64,000 nt of DNA from contig CAVYBH010000008.1 of the NCBI GenBank assembly GCA_963766715.1, forward strand, positions 192,001-256,000, given 5' to 3'. A program made the translations under genes and the position numbers. Position 1 is the stretch's first letter. Each line of letters starts with the position of its first letter. Shown one piece after another: positions 43,838 through 54,287 of the stretch. This DNA comes from an uncultured delta proteobacterium. GTDB lineage: Bacteria; Myxococcota; Myxococcia; Myxococcales; Anaeromyxobacteraceae. The notes beneath the pieces were generated by a model. It was given only the letters and a program-made list of their open reading frames with translations. It was not told the origin of the DNA and did not search any database.

Positions 43838-45566
43838 TCACTTCACCTCGGCTTCCAGGAGCGCCCGCGCGCGGGCCTCCAGGTCAGCCAGCGGCACGAG
43901 ATCGACCTGCTTGCCCCGACGCAGCTTCCACTCCACCTTGCCCTCGGCGAGCCCCCGCTTCCCCACCGCGATCCGCAGCGGGATGCCGATCAGGTCGGCG
44001 TCCTTGAACTTCACCCCGGCCCGCTCGTCGCGGTCGTCGAAGAGGACCTCCATCCCGGCGCGCCCGAGCGCGGCGGCGACCTCCTCCGCGGCCTTCGCAG
44101 CTCCGGCTCCTTGCCCATGGTGAGCACCGTGGCGTGGAACGGGGCGATGGAGAAGGGCCAGACGATCCCGTCGGCGTCGTGGTGCAGCTCGACGGCGGCC
44201 GCCATGACCCGCTCCACCCCGATGCCGTAGCTCCCCATGACGATGGGCGTCTCCTTGCCGTCGGCGAGCAGGACGTTCGCTCCCATCGACACCGAGTACT
44301 TGGTGCCCGAGCTTGAAGATGTGCCCCACCTCCAGCGCCTTGAAGAGCTCGAGCGTGCCGTCACACTGGGTGCACCCCTCGCCGGACTTCACCTTGCGCA
44401 GGTCGGCGAGGCGCCCGGCGGCGACGTCCCGCTTCACGTCCACGCCCTCGAGGTGGACGTCGTTCTCGTTCGCACCCGTGACCATCCCGGCCGCGTCGGC
44501 GAGGGTGGCGTCCACGAACACCGGGACGTGGCGGACGCCCACGGCGCCGAGCGATCCGGCATCGGCGCCCAGCAAGCGGCCGGATCTCCTCCGGGCGGGC
44601 CGGGCGGACCAGGGCCGCGCCGGTGGCGGTCTGGAGCTTGGCCTCGTCGAGCTCGTCGTCGCCGCGGACCACGGCCAGGACCGGCTTCTCGTCGCCCATG
44701 TAGACGAGCGTCTTCAGCTGCCGCGCGGCGGGGCGGCCGTGCGGGGCGCGCTCCAGCGCCTCGATGGTGCGCACGCCCGGGGTGGGGAACTTGCGCGGCG
44801 CGTCGAGCCGCTCGCCCGCGTCGAGGGGCCGGGCCGGTCCCCGGCTCCGGGCCGTCTCGGTGTTGGCGGCGTAGCGGCACTTCGGGCAGGCGGCGACGTC
44901 GTCCTCGCCGGCGTCGGTCCGGACCATGAACTCCTGCGAGCCGGAACCGCCCATCGCGCCGGAGTGGGCCTGCACCGCCACGAAGTCGAGGCCGCACCGG
45001 GTGAAGATCTTCTCGTAGGCCCGGCGCTGATCCTCGTAGCTCCTGTCGAGTCCGGCCGCGTCCACGTCGAAGGAGTAGGCGTCCTTCATGGTGAACTGGC
45101 GGACCCGGAGCACCCCGGACTTGGGCCGCGGCTCGTCGCGGAACTTGGTCTGGATCTGGTACCAGACCTGCGGGAGCTGCCGGTAGCTGCGCAGCTCGTC
45201 CCGGGCGATCGCCGTGAAGATCTCCTCGTGGGTCATGCCCAGGCAGTAGTCGGCGCCCTTCCGGTCCTTCAGGCGGAACATGTTCTCGCCCATCACGTCC
45301 CAGCGGCCGCTCTCCTTCCAGATCTCCGCCGGGTGGAGCGCCGGCAGGTGGAATTCCTGGCCGCCGATGGCGTCCATCTCCTCCCGGACGATCCGCTCGA
45401 CCTTGGCGAGCGAGCGGCGGGCCAGCGGCAGGTGATCGTAGATCCCGGCGCCGAGCTGGCGGATGAACCCGGCGCGGACGAGCAGCCGGTGGGAGGCGAC
45501 CTGCGCGTCGGCGGGCGCTTCCTTCAGCGTGGGGATGAACATCTGGCTGTAGCGTGCGAGTTGCAT
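43838..45566 (-). CDS. proS: Proline--tRNA ligase (indels near 44575, 44305, 44100)
   Basis: [54 protein letters not shown] and [18 protein letters not shown]. Confidence 0.96.
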
Positions 45567-45638
45567 GGTGGCCGCGTTTATACCCCACCGGGAGCCGGAG
45601 GAACGAACGTCCGATGGGTTCGGGCCGACCCGCCGGCG

Positions 45639-47112
45639 TCAGGGACGGTGCACGCCGCAGAGGGCCTCGTAGCCGGACAGCCGCTCCTCGAGCCGCATGC
45701 GTCCTTCCGGGCCGCCCCGCTCGGGATAGACGTCGATGGCGCGCCGGGCGGCCAGCACCGCCTGCCCGCAGTTGCCGAGGTCGGCGCTCACCGCGCCGTA
45801 GGTGTCGAGGACCTCCGGGCTGAACGGGAGAGAGCTGGACCGGCTTCCGGGACGGCGGGAGCGCCTCGCCCGGACCGCCCCGCCTCGAGGAGCAGGCGGG
45901 CCAGGGCGGAGAGCGCCAGGGGGTTCTCCGGGCGCGAGGTCGACGGCGCGGCGGAGCGCGGCCTCGCGCTCGGCCCGGTCGGCGGCGGGGAGCGAGTCGG
46001 CGAGGAAGCTCCAGGCGCGCGAGTCGCCGGGGTGTCCCTTCACCGAGACGCGGGCCAGCGGGAGCGGGATCGATCCCGTCCTGCCGGGCCAGCAGGCGAA
46101 GCAGGACGGGATGCGCCGGGTCCTCGGCGAGCGCCTCGGCGAGCTCGCGCCGGCGGGCCTCCTCGTCGCCCTCGCCGGTCCGCCCTGCGCTCCAGAGCAG
46201 CAGGCGGACGGCATGGACCTCGGCCGGCGCCACCGGCTGCTCGGCGAACACCGGCGCCGGGATCGACGGTCACCGGGCGCCCCTGGAAGCGGCCGTTGCG
46301 CGCCCAGGCGTCGAGCTGCGTGTCGAGGAGGTCGAGCGCGCCCGGGCACGCGCGGGTCCCACTCCGGGAAGGTGGTCGCGGAACGCCTCGTCCGGGTCCG
46401 CGGCTCCGGCCAGGCGGGCCTCGAAGGCCGCCCGAGCCGATCGGGCTCCTGGCTCGTCAGGAAGTGCACGAGCAGCCAGGCGGCGTCGTAGTACGCGCCG
46501 AGGCTCTCCGGGGGCACGTCGCCGTTCCAGGCGAGCAGCCGGGCCGCCGGGATGCGCTGCGGCCGGGTGAGCGGGCGGCGCCCGGGCGGGAGCGCCTCGG
46601 TGACCATCCGCCGCCCCCTGGCGGTGACGCCGATGGTCTCGGCCCAGGTCGCGAGCCCCTCGGAGAGCCAGCGCGGAGTCGCGGAGCAGGACGTAGGAGG
46701 CCACGTGGTGGGCGAGCTCGTGCGCCAGCACCCGGCGCTGCTCCGTCCCGAGGCTTTCCCGGCATGACGATTCTTGGGGTCCGACGCGCCGCTCGCGTAG
46801 TAGGCGGCCGCGCCGCCGGGCGCGAACGACTCGAAGTCGGCCGTGGACCGGAAGGCGATGACGGTCGGACGGACCGGCGGATTGTGGCGGTTCCGGAAGA
46901 GGGAGGTGGCCACCCCGGTGCGGACCCGGTCGAGCTCCCGGGACAGCTCGCGGGCGTCGCTCGGAGTCGAGGTCGGTCACCACCACGAAGTGCTCGGAGT
47001 ACACGGCGCGCCACGCCGGGCCCCCGCTCGCCTCGCAGCGGAACGACGGGCGCGACGTGGCGCACCCGGCAAGGGCGGCCGTGAAGGCCGCGGCCAGGCA
47101 GGCGCGCCGCAT
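45639..47112 (-). CDS. Lipoprotein with DUF1570-like HExxH metallopeptidase domain and C-terminal TPR repeats (multiple indels)
   Basis: Lipobox LAGC; SEHFVVVTD; VLAHELAHH followed by PRWLSEGLA and YDAAWLLVHFL; TPR-like tail (VLDTYGAV). Confidence 0.7.
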
Positions 47113-47135
47113 GGCGCCATTGTACGCCCGTACCC

Positions 47136-48113
47136 CTAGGCGGCGGGCTCGATGCGCCCGGTACCGGCCGTTCCGTGCCGGATCACGCGGCTGTAGAGCG
47201 TGATCTCGGGATCGGTGAGGAACCGCCAGAGGAGCGCGGACCAGCTCCGGTGGAAGTGCAGCGGCTCGTAGAGCTCGGGCGCCATCTTCTTGAGGGCCGG
47301 CAGCCGGCTCCAGGGAACGCGCATGAGGTCGTGGTGCTCGTTGTGGTAGCCGACGTTCAGCGCCACCACGTTCATGGGCCCGTAGTAGGAGAAGGTCTCC
47401 TGGTTCCCCGGGAACGTGAGGTAGTGCTCCTGGATCCAGCGCGCGCCCACCGGGTGGAGCCCGATCGCGAAGGCGGAGGACATGAACAGGTAGCCGAGCG
47501 CCATCCAGCCGGCGAAGTGGACCACCGCGAGGACGAAGGCCACCTGGACGGTCACGTTCGCGATGTACCAGGCGTCCCAGAGCTTGATCCGCTTCAGCTG
47601 CGTGGCCCGCAGCCCCTGGGCGAGGAAGTAGAAGAGGAGCCAGAGGGTCTTGCGCACGGTGGAGCGCCCGACCAGGCGCGCCTCGGCGGGGGCGGCCAGG
47701 TCCGCGTCGATCTCCGGGTCCCCCTGCCAGGCGTGGTGGAGCAGGTGGTAGCGCCGAAAGGCGATGGCGCCCGGGAAGACGATGGGGAGGTTGGCGACGA
47801 GCGCGGCGAGCGAGTTCACCCAGGGAGTGCGCACGATCAGGTTGTGGGAGGCCTCGTGGATGAGGACCCACAGCGCGTGGTCGGCGACCGCGCCGAGGAG
47901 CCACGCCGCCGCCAGCACGATCCAGAAGCTCTGGTCCCGCAGGACCCACGCCATCGCCAGCTGCAGCCCGACGACGCCCAGCAGGATGATCCCCGACATC
48001 GGCTCCGGGCCCTGCAGCAGCTTCGCCTCCGGGTGGGCGGCGAGCAGGCGGCGGGTCCGCTCCCGGTGCGGTTCCGGGTAGTCGACGCAGCGGAAGTCGA
48101 GGGGTTCGGCCAT
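47136..48113 (-). CDS. Fatty-acid desaturase, sphingolipid delta-4 desaturase (DES1/DEGS)-like
   Basis: His boxes HEASH, HLLHH and HNEHH; N-terminal EPHRERTRRLLAAHPE and ETFSYYGPMN..LNVGYHNEHHD. Confidence 0.85.
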   Translation of the reverse strand: MAEPLDFRCVDYPEPHRERTRRLLAAHPEAKLLQGPEPMSGIILLGVVGLQLAMAWVLRDQSFWIVLAAAWLLGAVADHALWVLIHEASHNLIVRTPWVNSLAALVANLPIVFPGAIAFRRYHLLHHAWQGDPEIDADLAAPAEARLVGRSTVRKTLWLLFYFLAQGLRATQLKRIKLWDAWYIANVTVQVAFVLAVVHFAGWMALGYLFMSSAFAIGLHPVGARWIQEHYLTFPGNQETFSYYGPMNVVALNVGYHNEHHDLMRVPWSRLPALKKMAPELYEPLHFHRSWSALLWRFLTDPEITLYSRVIRHGTAGTGRIEPAA

Positions 48114-48154
48114 GGGCGAGGGGGCTCCGGGTTCGACGTGGGGCGCTGGAAGCG

Positions 48155-48188
48155 AAACCGCCCCCGCGCCACGGGGGCGCGGGGGCGG
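48155..48188 (-). terminator. Intrinsic terminator downstream of the porin gene
   Basis: 13-bp perfect stem CCGCCCCCGCGCC / GGCGCGGGGGCGG with a 5-nt loop, followed by TTT on the minus strand. Confidence 0.7.
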
Positions 48189-48212
48189 GAGAATGCTACT
48201 CCTTCGTTGCGG

Positions 48213-49506
48213 CTAGAAGTAGTAGTTGAACGTCGCCGTGATCTGGTTCGCCTTGATCACGTTGTCGGCGTTCAGCTGGGCCTGCGTGTTCGTCGCCGCA
48301 GCGGCGACGTTCATGGTCGCGCGGGAGTACAGCCACTCCGCGCCCATCGCGAAGCCACCGGTCTGGTAGCGGATCATGCCGACGTTGTTGATGTTCCGCA
48401 TGATCGACATGTTGGCCGCGAAGATGTTGCTGTAGAGCGGGTGGTCGATGCCGAAGGTGTACCAGATCGAGAACTCCTTCGAGAAGTTCAGGCCGGCCTG
48501 ACCCCAGGCGCCGTAGCCGAACACGTCACCCTTGTAGGTGGCGGGGACGGGCTGGACCACGTTGCCGAGCACCGGGTAGGTGTTCTTGCCGTACCAGGCG
48601 CTGCCCTGGACGACGACCATGCCGGTGTCGAGCTTCATGCCGACGTTGCCGAGGGCGGTGGTGAGGGTCGTCCAGTTGGCCTTGTCCTCGATGACGCCGG
48701 GGCCGTTGCGGTCCTCGACCTGCCAGTGGCCGCCGATCCAGACGTCGAGCATCTTGCCCATCGACAGCTTGCCGCGGGCCTCGAGGGCCGGGAGGCCGGA
48801 GGAGACGCCGAGGCCGACGTTGTCGGCCAGGACGGTGTTCTGCCAGCCAGCGCGCTGGATCGACCAGGCGAACTCGAACTTCGTGTCGCCGCCGAAGGTG
48901 TGGTAGCCGAAGATGCCCGGCTGCCTCCAGCCGACCGTGCCGGCCCCGTACGTCATGGGGAAGGCGATGCCGCGGAGGGACTGCGGGATCATGCCGACGA
49001 TGAGCATGTTCTGCTGGCCGAACTGCAGCGTGGTGTTCGCCCACTTCAGCTCGGTGTAGGCGAGGCGGACGCGGGGGAAGATCGAGACGTCGCCGAAGCC
49101 GCCGGGGCCGTCGCCGCCGAAGAGGTCGAACTCGACGACCGCCTTCGGGGTGGCGCCGCCGAGGATCTCGCGGGCCGCGCACGGAGAAGTTGAGCCGGGT
49201 CTGGCGGATGTCGGCGCCGAAGAGCGGCTTGTCCGTGTCCCAGCGCTTCAGGGCGTTGAGGGCCTGCTGGCCGTTGGCCGGCGCGGTGCCGACGCCGAAC
49301 TGGGCGTCCTGGAAGTACAGCGACATCGAGGTGAAGCCGTGGAGCTCGAACACGAAGTCGGGCGGCTTCGGCGTCTCCTTGACGACCACGGTGACCGTTT
49401 CGGTCTTCTTCTCCTCCACGACCACATTCTGCGCGGGTGTCGCCTGGGCAAGTGCCAGGCCGGCGTATCCGAGAACTGCCAGACTGAAGAGAGCCTTGAT
49501 TCTCAC
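48213..49506 (-). CDS. Outer-membrane porin, DcaP-like (indel near 49170)
   Basis: Signal peptide; DIRQTRLNF, VEFDLFGG and PRVRLAY..LQFGQ motifs; terminal TFNYYF; GGAGGA RBS. Confidence 0.75.
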
Positions 49507-49645
49507 GTTTATCCTCCGGTTCGACCGTGCGGGAACGGCGCCAACGCCGGGGCGGCGGCCTCTCGGCGAGTGTGCAAACTTCTCGCATGCGTTTGGTGAC
49601 ATCGCAAGTTGCGGCGCGTCATGCCCCCCGACGGGACCCGAAAAC

Positions 49646-49659
49646 TTGACGACGCTCAA
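49646..49659. promoter_or_regulatory. Palindromic TTGA-N6-TCAA site in the porin/liv divergent promoter region
   Basis: TTGACGACGCTCAA within an AT-enriched intergenic segment. Confidence 0.4.
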
Positions 49660-49822
49660 TTTCGTCATTGACGGACCGGAAACGTACACGCACGGGCTGG
49701 GGGCGTGCGCCTAGCCCCTCAAGGGGGATTTCGAGGTCCCGGGGCGACTTTTCGCTCCACTTGTCCCGGCGTCGCCGCGGGTGATACGAAACTCGGTCCC
49801 CACCTCGTCACCTGGAGGTCGA

Positions 49823-50941
49823 ATGAAGCCCAATGTTCGCTGGCTCGCCGCCGCGGCGGCCGCCCTTCTCGCCGCTCCCTCCCTCGCCTCGGCCGAACCC
49901 GTCAAGATCGGCGCGGCCTTCTCCATCACCGGAAACGCCGCCGCCTACGGCGCCCAGCAGAAGTACGGCGTGCAGGCCGCCATCGACGACGTGAACAAGA
50001 GCGGCAAGCTGAAGGGCGTCACGCTCGAGCTCGTCCTCGAGGACGACGGCACCTCCAAGGAGCAGGGCATCGCGGTCTACCAGCGCTTCATCAACCGCGA
50101 CAAGGTGAGCGCCATCATCGGTCCGACGCTCTCCACCACCGCCACGGCAGCCGACCCCATCGCCCAGGGCGGGAAGACCCCGGTGGTCGCGGTGTCGAAC
50201 ACCGCGCCCAAGGGCATCACCGACATCGGCGACTACATCTGGCGCGTCTCCCTCACCGAGGGCCAGGTCATCCCGTCCGCGCTCCAGATTGCGAAGGCCA
50301 AGCTCGGCTTCAAGACGGCCGCCATCCTCTACGGCAACGACGACGTCTTCACCAAGGCGGGGTTCGACGTCATGAAGGCCGCGCTCGAGGCCCAGGGCGT
50401 GCAGATCCTCGACATCCAGACCTTCGCCACCAAGGACCGCGACTTCAACGCGCAGCTCACCGCGCTGAAGGCCAAGAACCCCGAGTTCCTCATGGTGTCC
50501 GCGCTCGTCGAGCAGGCCGCCGCCATCGTGAGCCAGGCCCGCCAGCTGGGCTGGAACGTGCCCGTCATGGGCGGCAACGGCTTCAACTCCCCCAAGTTCA
50601 TGGCCAACGCCGGCCCGGCCGCCGAGGGCGTGCTCGTCGGGACGGCCTGGAACAAGGCCTCCACCGACCCGGTGAACCTGGCGTTCATCGCCGGCCAGAA
50701 GGCCCGCGGCAACGACCCCGACCAGTTCTGCGCCCAGGCCTACACCGGCGTGCTGGTCATCGCCGACGCCATCGCCCAGGCCGGCATGAAGGGCGGCCGC
50801 GACGACATCAAGGCCGGCTTCGCCAAGGTGAAGGACCTGCCCACGCCGCTCGGCAAGTTCTCCTTCCTGCCCAACCGCGACGGCAACCACGCGGCGGCGG
50901 TCCAGGTCGTGAAGAACGGGAAGTTCGAGATCCTGCAGTAG
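49823..50941 (+). CDS. livK: Branched-chain amino acid-type ABC substrate-binding protein
   Basis: Signal peptide; VKIGAAFSITGNAAAYG, IIGPTLS and DFNAQLTALK; GGAGG RBS. Confidence 0.88.
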   Translation: MKPNVRWLAAAAAALLAAPSLASAEPVKIGAAFSITGNAAAYGAQQKYGVQAAIDDVNKSGKLKGVTLELVLEDDGTSKEQGIAVYQRFINRDKVSAIIGPTLSTTATAADPIAQGGKTPVVAVSNTAPKGITDIGDYIWRVSLTEGQVIPSALQIAKAKLGFKTAAILYGNDDVFTKAGFDVMKAALEAQGVQILDIQTFATKDRDFNAQLTALKAKNPEFLMVSALVEQAAAIVSQARQLGWNVPVMGGNGFNSPKFMANAGPAAEGVLVGTAWNKASTDPVNLAFIAGQKARGNDPDQFCAQAYTGVLVIADAIAQAGMKGGRDDIKAGFAKVKDLPTPLGKFSFLPNRDGNHAAAVQVVKNGKFEILQ

Positions 50942-50959
50942 CCCACGGGACCGCACCGC

Positions 50960-51838
50960 GTGGGGCAGCAGATCGTCAACGGCCTGTTCCTGGGGAGCAT
51001 CTACGCGCTCTTCGCGCTGGGGTACACGCTGGTCTTCGGCGTGCTCGACATCCTCAACCTCGCGCACCAGGCCGTCTTCATGATCTGCGCCTACGCGGCG
51101 CTGGTCCTCGTCGCCCACCTCCACATGCCGATGGTGGCGGCGTTCCCGGTGGCGGTGCTCGCCGGCGGGCTCCTCGGCATGCTGGTGGACCGGGTCGCCT
51201 TCCGGCCGCTGCGCGGGCGCAGCGACTCCAACATCGCCGGGCTCATCAGCTCCATCGCGCTGGCCACCATCCTGGAGGCGGTGGTGTCGCAGATCTTCGG
51301 GCCGGACGTGGAGCGCTTCCCGTTCGGCACGGTGCCCACCCGGACGCTGAAGATCGGCGACGCGGTGGTCTCCGAGCTCCAGCTCGTCATCATCGCCATC
51401 GCGGTGGCCATGCTGGTGGGCCTGACCTGGCTGCTCCGCCGGACCCTGCTCGGGCGGCGCATCCGGGCCGTGGCGGAGAGCCCCCGGGCGGCGAAGGTGC
51501 TGGGCGTGGACGTGGACCGCATCATCTCCGCCTCCTTCTTCCTGTCCTCGGCGCTGGGGGCGGCCGCCGGCGTGCTCTTCGGGCTGGCCTTCAACAACGT
51601 GGCCCCGGACATGGGCCGGTCGGTGGAGCTGAAGGGGCTCGCGGTCATCGTCCTCGGCGGCATGGGGAGCATGCCCGGGGCGGCGCTGGCCGGACTGGCG
51701 CTGGGCCTCCTCGAGGTCTTCACGGTGGCCACCATCGGCTCCTCCTACCGGGACGTGGTGGCCTTCGGCGTCCTCTTCCTGGTGCTGGTCCTGCGCCCGC
51801 GCGGGCTGTTCGGCTCCGCCGCCCTCCGCGAGGCCTGA
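50960..51838 (+). CDS. livH: HAAT ABC permease
   Basis: QQIVNGLFLGSIYALFALGYTLVFGVLDILNLAH and VLGGMGSMPGA. Confidence 0.92.
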   Translation: MGQQIVNGLFLGSIYALFALGYTLVFGVLDILNLAHQAVFMICAYAALVLVAHLHMPMVAAFPVAVLAGGLLGMLVDRVAFRPLRGRSDSNIAGLISSIALATILEAVVSQIFGPDVERFPFGTVPTRTLKIGDAVVSELQLVIIAIAVAMLVGLTWLLRRTLLGRRIRAVAESPRAAKVLGVDVDRIISASFFLSSALGAAAGVLFGLAFNNVAPDMGRSVELKGLAVIVLGGMGSMPGAALAGLALGLLEVFTVATIGSSYRDVVAFGVLFLVLVLRPRGLFGSAALREA

Positions 51839-51844
51839 TCGCGC

Positions 51845-52745
51845 GTGTCGCCCGGCGCCCTCCAGGACCTCTGGCTCACCTACCAGTCCACCGTGGCCTT
51901 CGTCGGGCTGAACGGGCTTCTTGCACTATCCGTGTACACCACCCTCTCCTGCGGACAGCTCTCGCTGGCCCAGGCGGCCTTCATGGCCATCGGCGCCTAC
52001 GCGTCGGCCATCCTCACCTTCCACACCCAGGCCCCCTTCCTCGTGAACCTGGCGGTGGCCACCCTCCTCCCCGCCCTGGTCGCCATCCCCCTGGGCCTGC
52101 CCGTCCTGCGGCTGAAGGGGGTCTTCCTGGCCATCGCCACCATCGGCTTCGGCGAGGTGGTGCGCCTCTTCTTCGTGAACCTCGACTTCACGAACGGCGC
52201 CCTCGGCCTCACGGCCGTCCCCCAGCGCACCTCCATCTGGATGATCTACCTGGCGCTCCTCGCGGCCCTCTTCGTGCTCTGGCGGATCCGCGGCTCCCGC
52301 GTGGGGTACGCCCTCGAGGCCATCCGCGAGGACGAGCCGGCGGCCCGGACCATGGGCATCCACGCGGCGCGCTACAAGCTCGCCATGCTGGCGCTGGGCG
52401 CCGCCTTCGCCGGCCTGGCCGGCGCGCTGGAGGCCCACTACACCTTCATGGTCGCGCCCGGCACCTACTCCTTCACCCGCGTGGTGGACATGCTGGTCTA
52501 CGCGGTGGTGGGCGGCACCTCGGTCTTCTACGGGCCCGGTGGTCGGCGCCACCTTCCTCACGCTGCTCCCCGAGGTGCTCCGGGAGATCAGCTCGCGGAT
52601 CGGGCTCGCGCCCGGGCCGGTGCGGCTCTTCGTGAACGGCCTCGTGCTCCTGCTCGTGATCCTCTTCCTGCCCGCGGGCATCTCCTCCCTTCCGACCCGG
52701 CTGCGCGCCTGGCGGCGGTCGAGGCGGGAGGCCCATGCTGCTTGA
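51845..52745 (+). CDS. livM: HAAT ABC permease (indel near 52535)
   Basis: GQLSLAQAAFMAIGAY, LRLKGVFLAIATIGFGE and AIREDEPAARTMGI. Confidence 0.9.
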
Positions 52746-53499
52746 GCTCCGGGAAGTCCGCCGGACCTTCGGCGGGCTGGCGGCGGTGGACGGCGCCTCC
52801 TTCGCGGTCGGCGCGGGCGAGGTCCACGGGCTCATCGGCCCGAACGGCGCGGGGAAGACCACGCTCCTCAACCTCGTCTCCGGGCTCATCCCGCCCACCT
52901 CCGGCGCCATCGCGCTCGACGGGGTCCGGCTCGACGGGCTCCCGCCCCACCGGATCGCCGGGCTGGGCGTGACCCGCACCTACCAGAACATCCGGCTCTT
53001 CCCGGCGCTCTCCGCCGCCGACAACGTGCTCGTCGGCGCGCACCTGAAGCGGCACGCGCCGCTCTGGCGCCGCATGCTCTTCCTCCCCTCCGCCGGCGTG
53101 GAGGAGCGGGCGGCGCAGGAGGCGTCCTTGGCGCTCCTCGAGCGGGTGGGGCTCTCCGCGCGGGCCGGGGAGCGGGCCAGCAACCTCTCCTACGGCGAGC
53201 AGCGCCGCGTCGAGATCGCGCGCGCCCTCGCCTCGGCGCCCCGGGTGATGCTGCTCGACGAGCCCACCGCGGGGATGAACCCGGGGGAGGTGGCCGCCAT
53301 CGCCGAGCTCATCCGCGGGGTGGCCCGGGCCGGCCACTCGGTGCTGCTCGTCGAGCACAACGTGAAGCTGGTGATGGACGTGTGCGACCGGATCACCGTG
53401 CTCGACTTCGGCAAGGTCATCGCCGACGGGACGCCGGCCGAGGTGGCGCGGGATCCCGCCGTGATCGCCGCCTACCTGGGCGGGGAGGCCGCGGCGTGA
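52735..53499 (+). CDS. livG: HAAT ABC ATP-binding protein
   Basis: GPNGAGKTT, RTYQNIRLF, LSYGEQRRVEIARAL and VIAAYLG. Confidence 0.93.
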   Translation: MLLELREVRRTFGGLAAVDGASFAVGAGEVHGLIGPNGAGKTTLLNLVSGLIPPTSGAIALDGVRLDGLPPHRIAGLGVTRTYQNIRLFPALSAADNVLVGAHLKRHAPLWRRMLFLPSAGVEERAAQEASLALLERVGLSARAGERASNLSYGEQRRVEIARALASAPRVMLLDEPTAGMNPGEVAAIAELIRGVARAGHSVLLVEHNVKLVMDVCDRITVLDFGKVIADGTPAEVARDPAVIAAYLGGEAAA

Positions 53500-54242
53500 G
53501 CGCCCCGGGAACGCCGCTGCTCGAGGTGAAGGGGCTCCACGTCTCGTACGGCCACGTCCACGCCGTGCGCGACCTCTCGCTCCGGGTGGACGCCGGCCAG
53601 GTGGTCACCCTGATCGGCCCGAACGGCGCGGGCAAGACCAGCACGCTGGCGGCGGTGGCCGGCCTGCTCCGGCCGGAGCGGGGCCAGGTGCTGCTCGAGG
53701 GCCGGGACGTGACCGGGCTGCCGGCCCACCGCGCGGTCGCCGAGGGCATCGTGCTCGTGCCCGAGGGGCGCTGCATCCTGGCCCGCATGAGCATCGAGGA
53801 GAACCTCCTCATCGCCGCCGAGGCCCGCACCCCGCGCCCGCCCGGCGCGGAGCTCCGCCGGCGCATCGACGCGCAGTACGAGCGCTTCCCGGTCCTGGGC
53901 GAGCGGCGCAAGCTGGCCGCCGGCTCCCTCTCCGGCGGCGAGCAGCAGATGCTGGCCTTCGCGCGGGCGCTGCTCATGCGACCGCGCATCCTGCTGCTCG
54001 ACGAGCCGTCGATGGGGCTGGCCCCGCTGCTGGTGGCCCGCATCTTCGAGCTGGTCGAGGCCATCCACAGGGAGGGCGCGACCGTGCTGCTCGTCGAGCA
54101 GAACGCCCGGCTCGCGCTCCAGGTCTCGGATCACGCCTACGTGCTCGAGCGCGGCAACATCGTGCTCGAGGGGCCGTCCCGGGACCTGGCGGCCGATCCC
54201 CGGGTGCGCGCGGCCTACCTGGGCGGCGACGTCTCGACCTGA
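53496..54242 (+). CDS. livF: HAAT ABC ATP-binding protein
   Basis: GPNGAGKT, VPEGR, LSGGEQQML, LDEPSMGLAP and VEQNA. Confidence 0.93.
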   Translation: MSAPGTPLLEVKGLHVSYGHVHAVRDLSLRVDAGQVVTLIGPNGAGKTSTLAAVAGLLRPERGQVLLEGRDVTGLPAHRAVAEGIVLVPEGRCILARMSIEENLLIAAEARTPRPPGAELRRRIDAQYERFPVLGERRKLAAGSLSGGEQQMLAFARALLMRPRILLLDEPSMGLAPLLVARIFELVEAIHREGATVLLVEQNARLALQVSDHAYVLERGNIVLEGPSRDLAADPRVRAAYLGGDVST

Positions 54243-54287
54243 TCCCGGCCAGGCGTCCTGCCCACGGGAGGCCGTTCCGTCGCTCCG

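Noticed and set aside
43838..45566. Programmed frameshifting or pseudogenisation of proS and other genes
   Set aside because: No consistent slippery site or stimulatory structure, and the breaks are scattered over many unrelated genes, so assembly error is more parsimonious.
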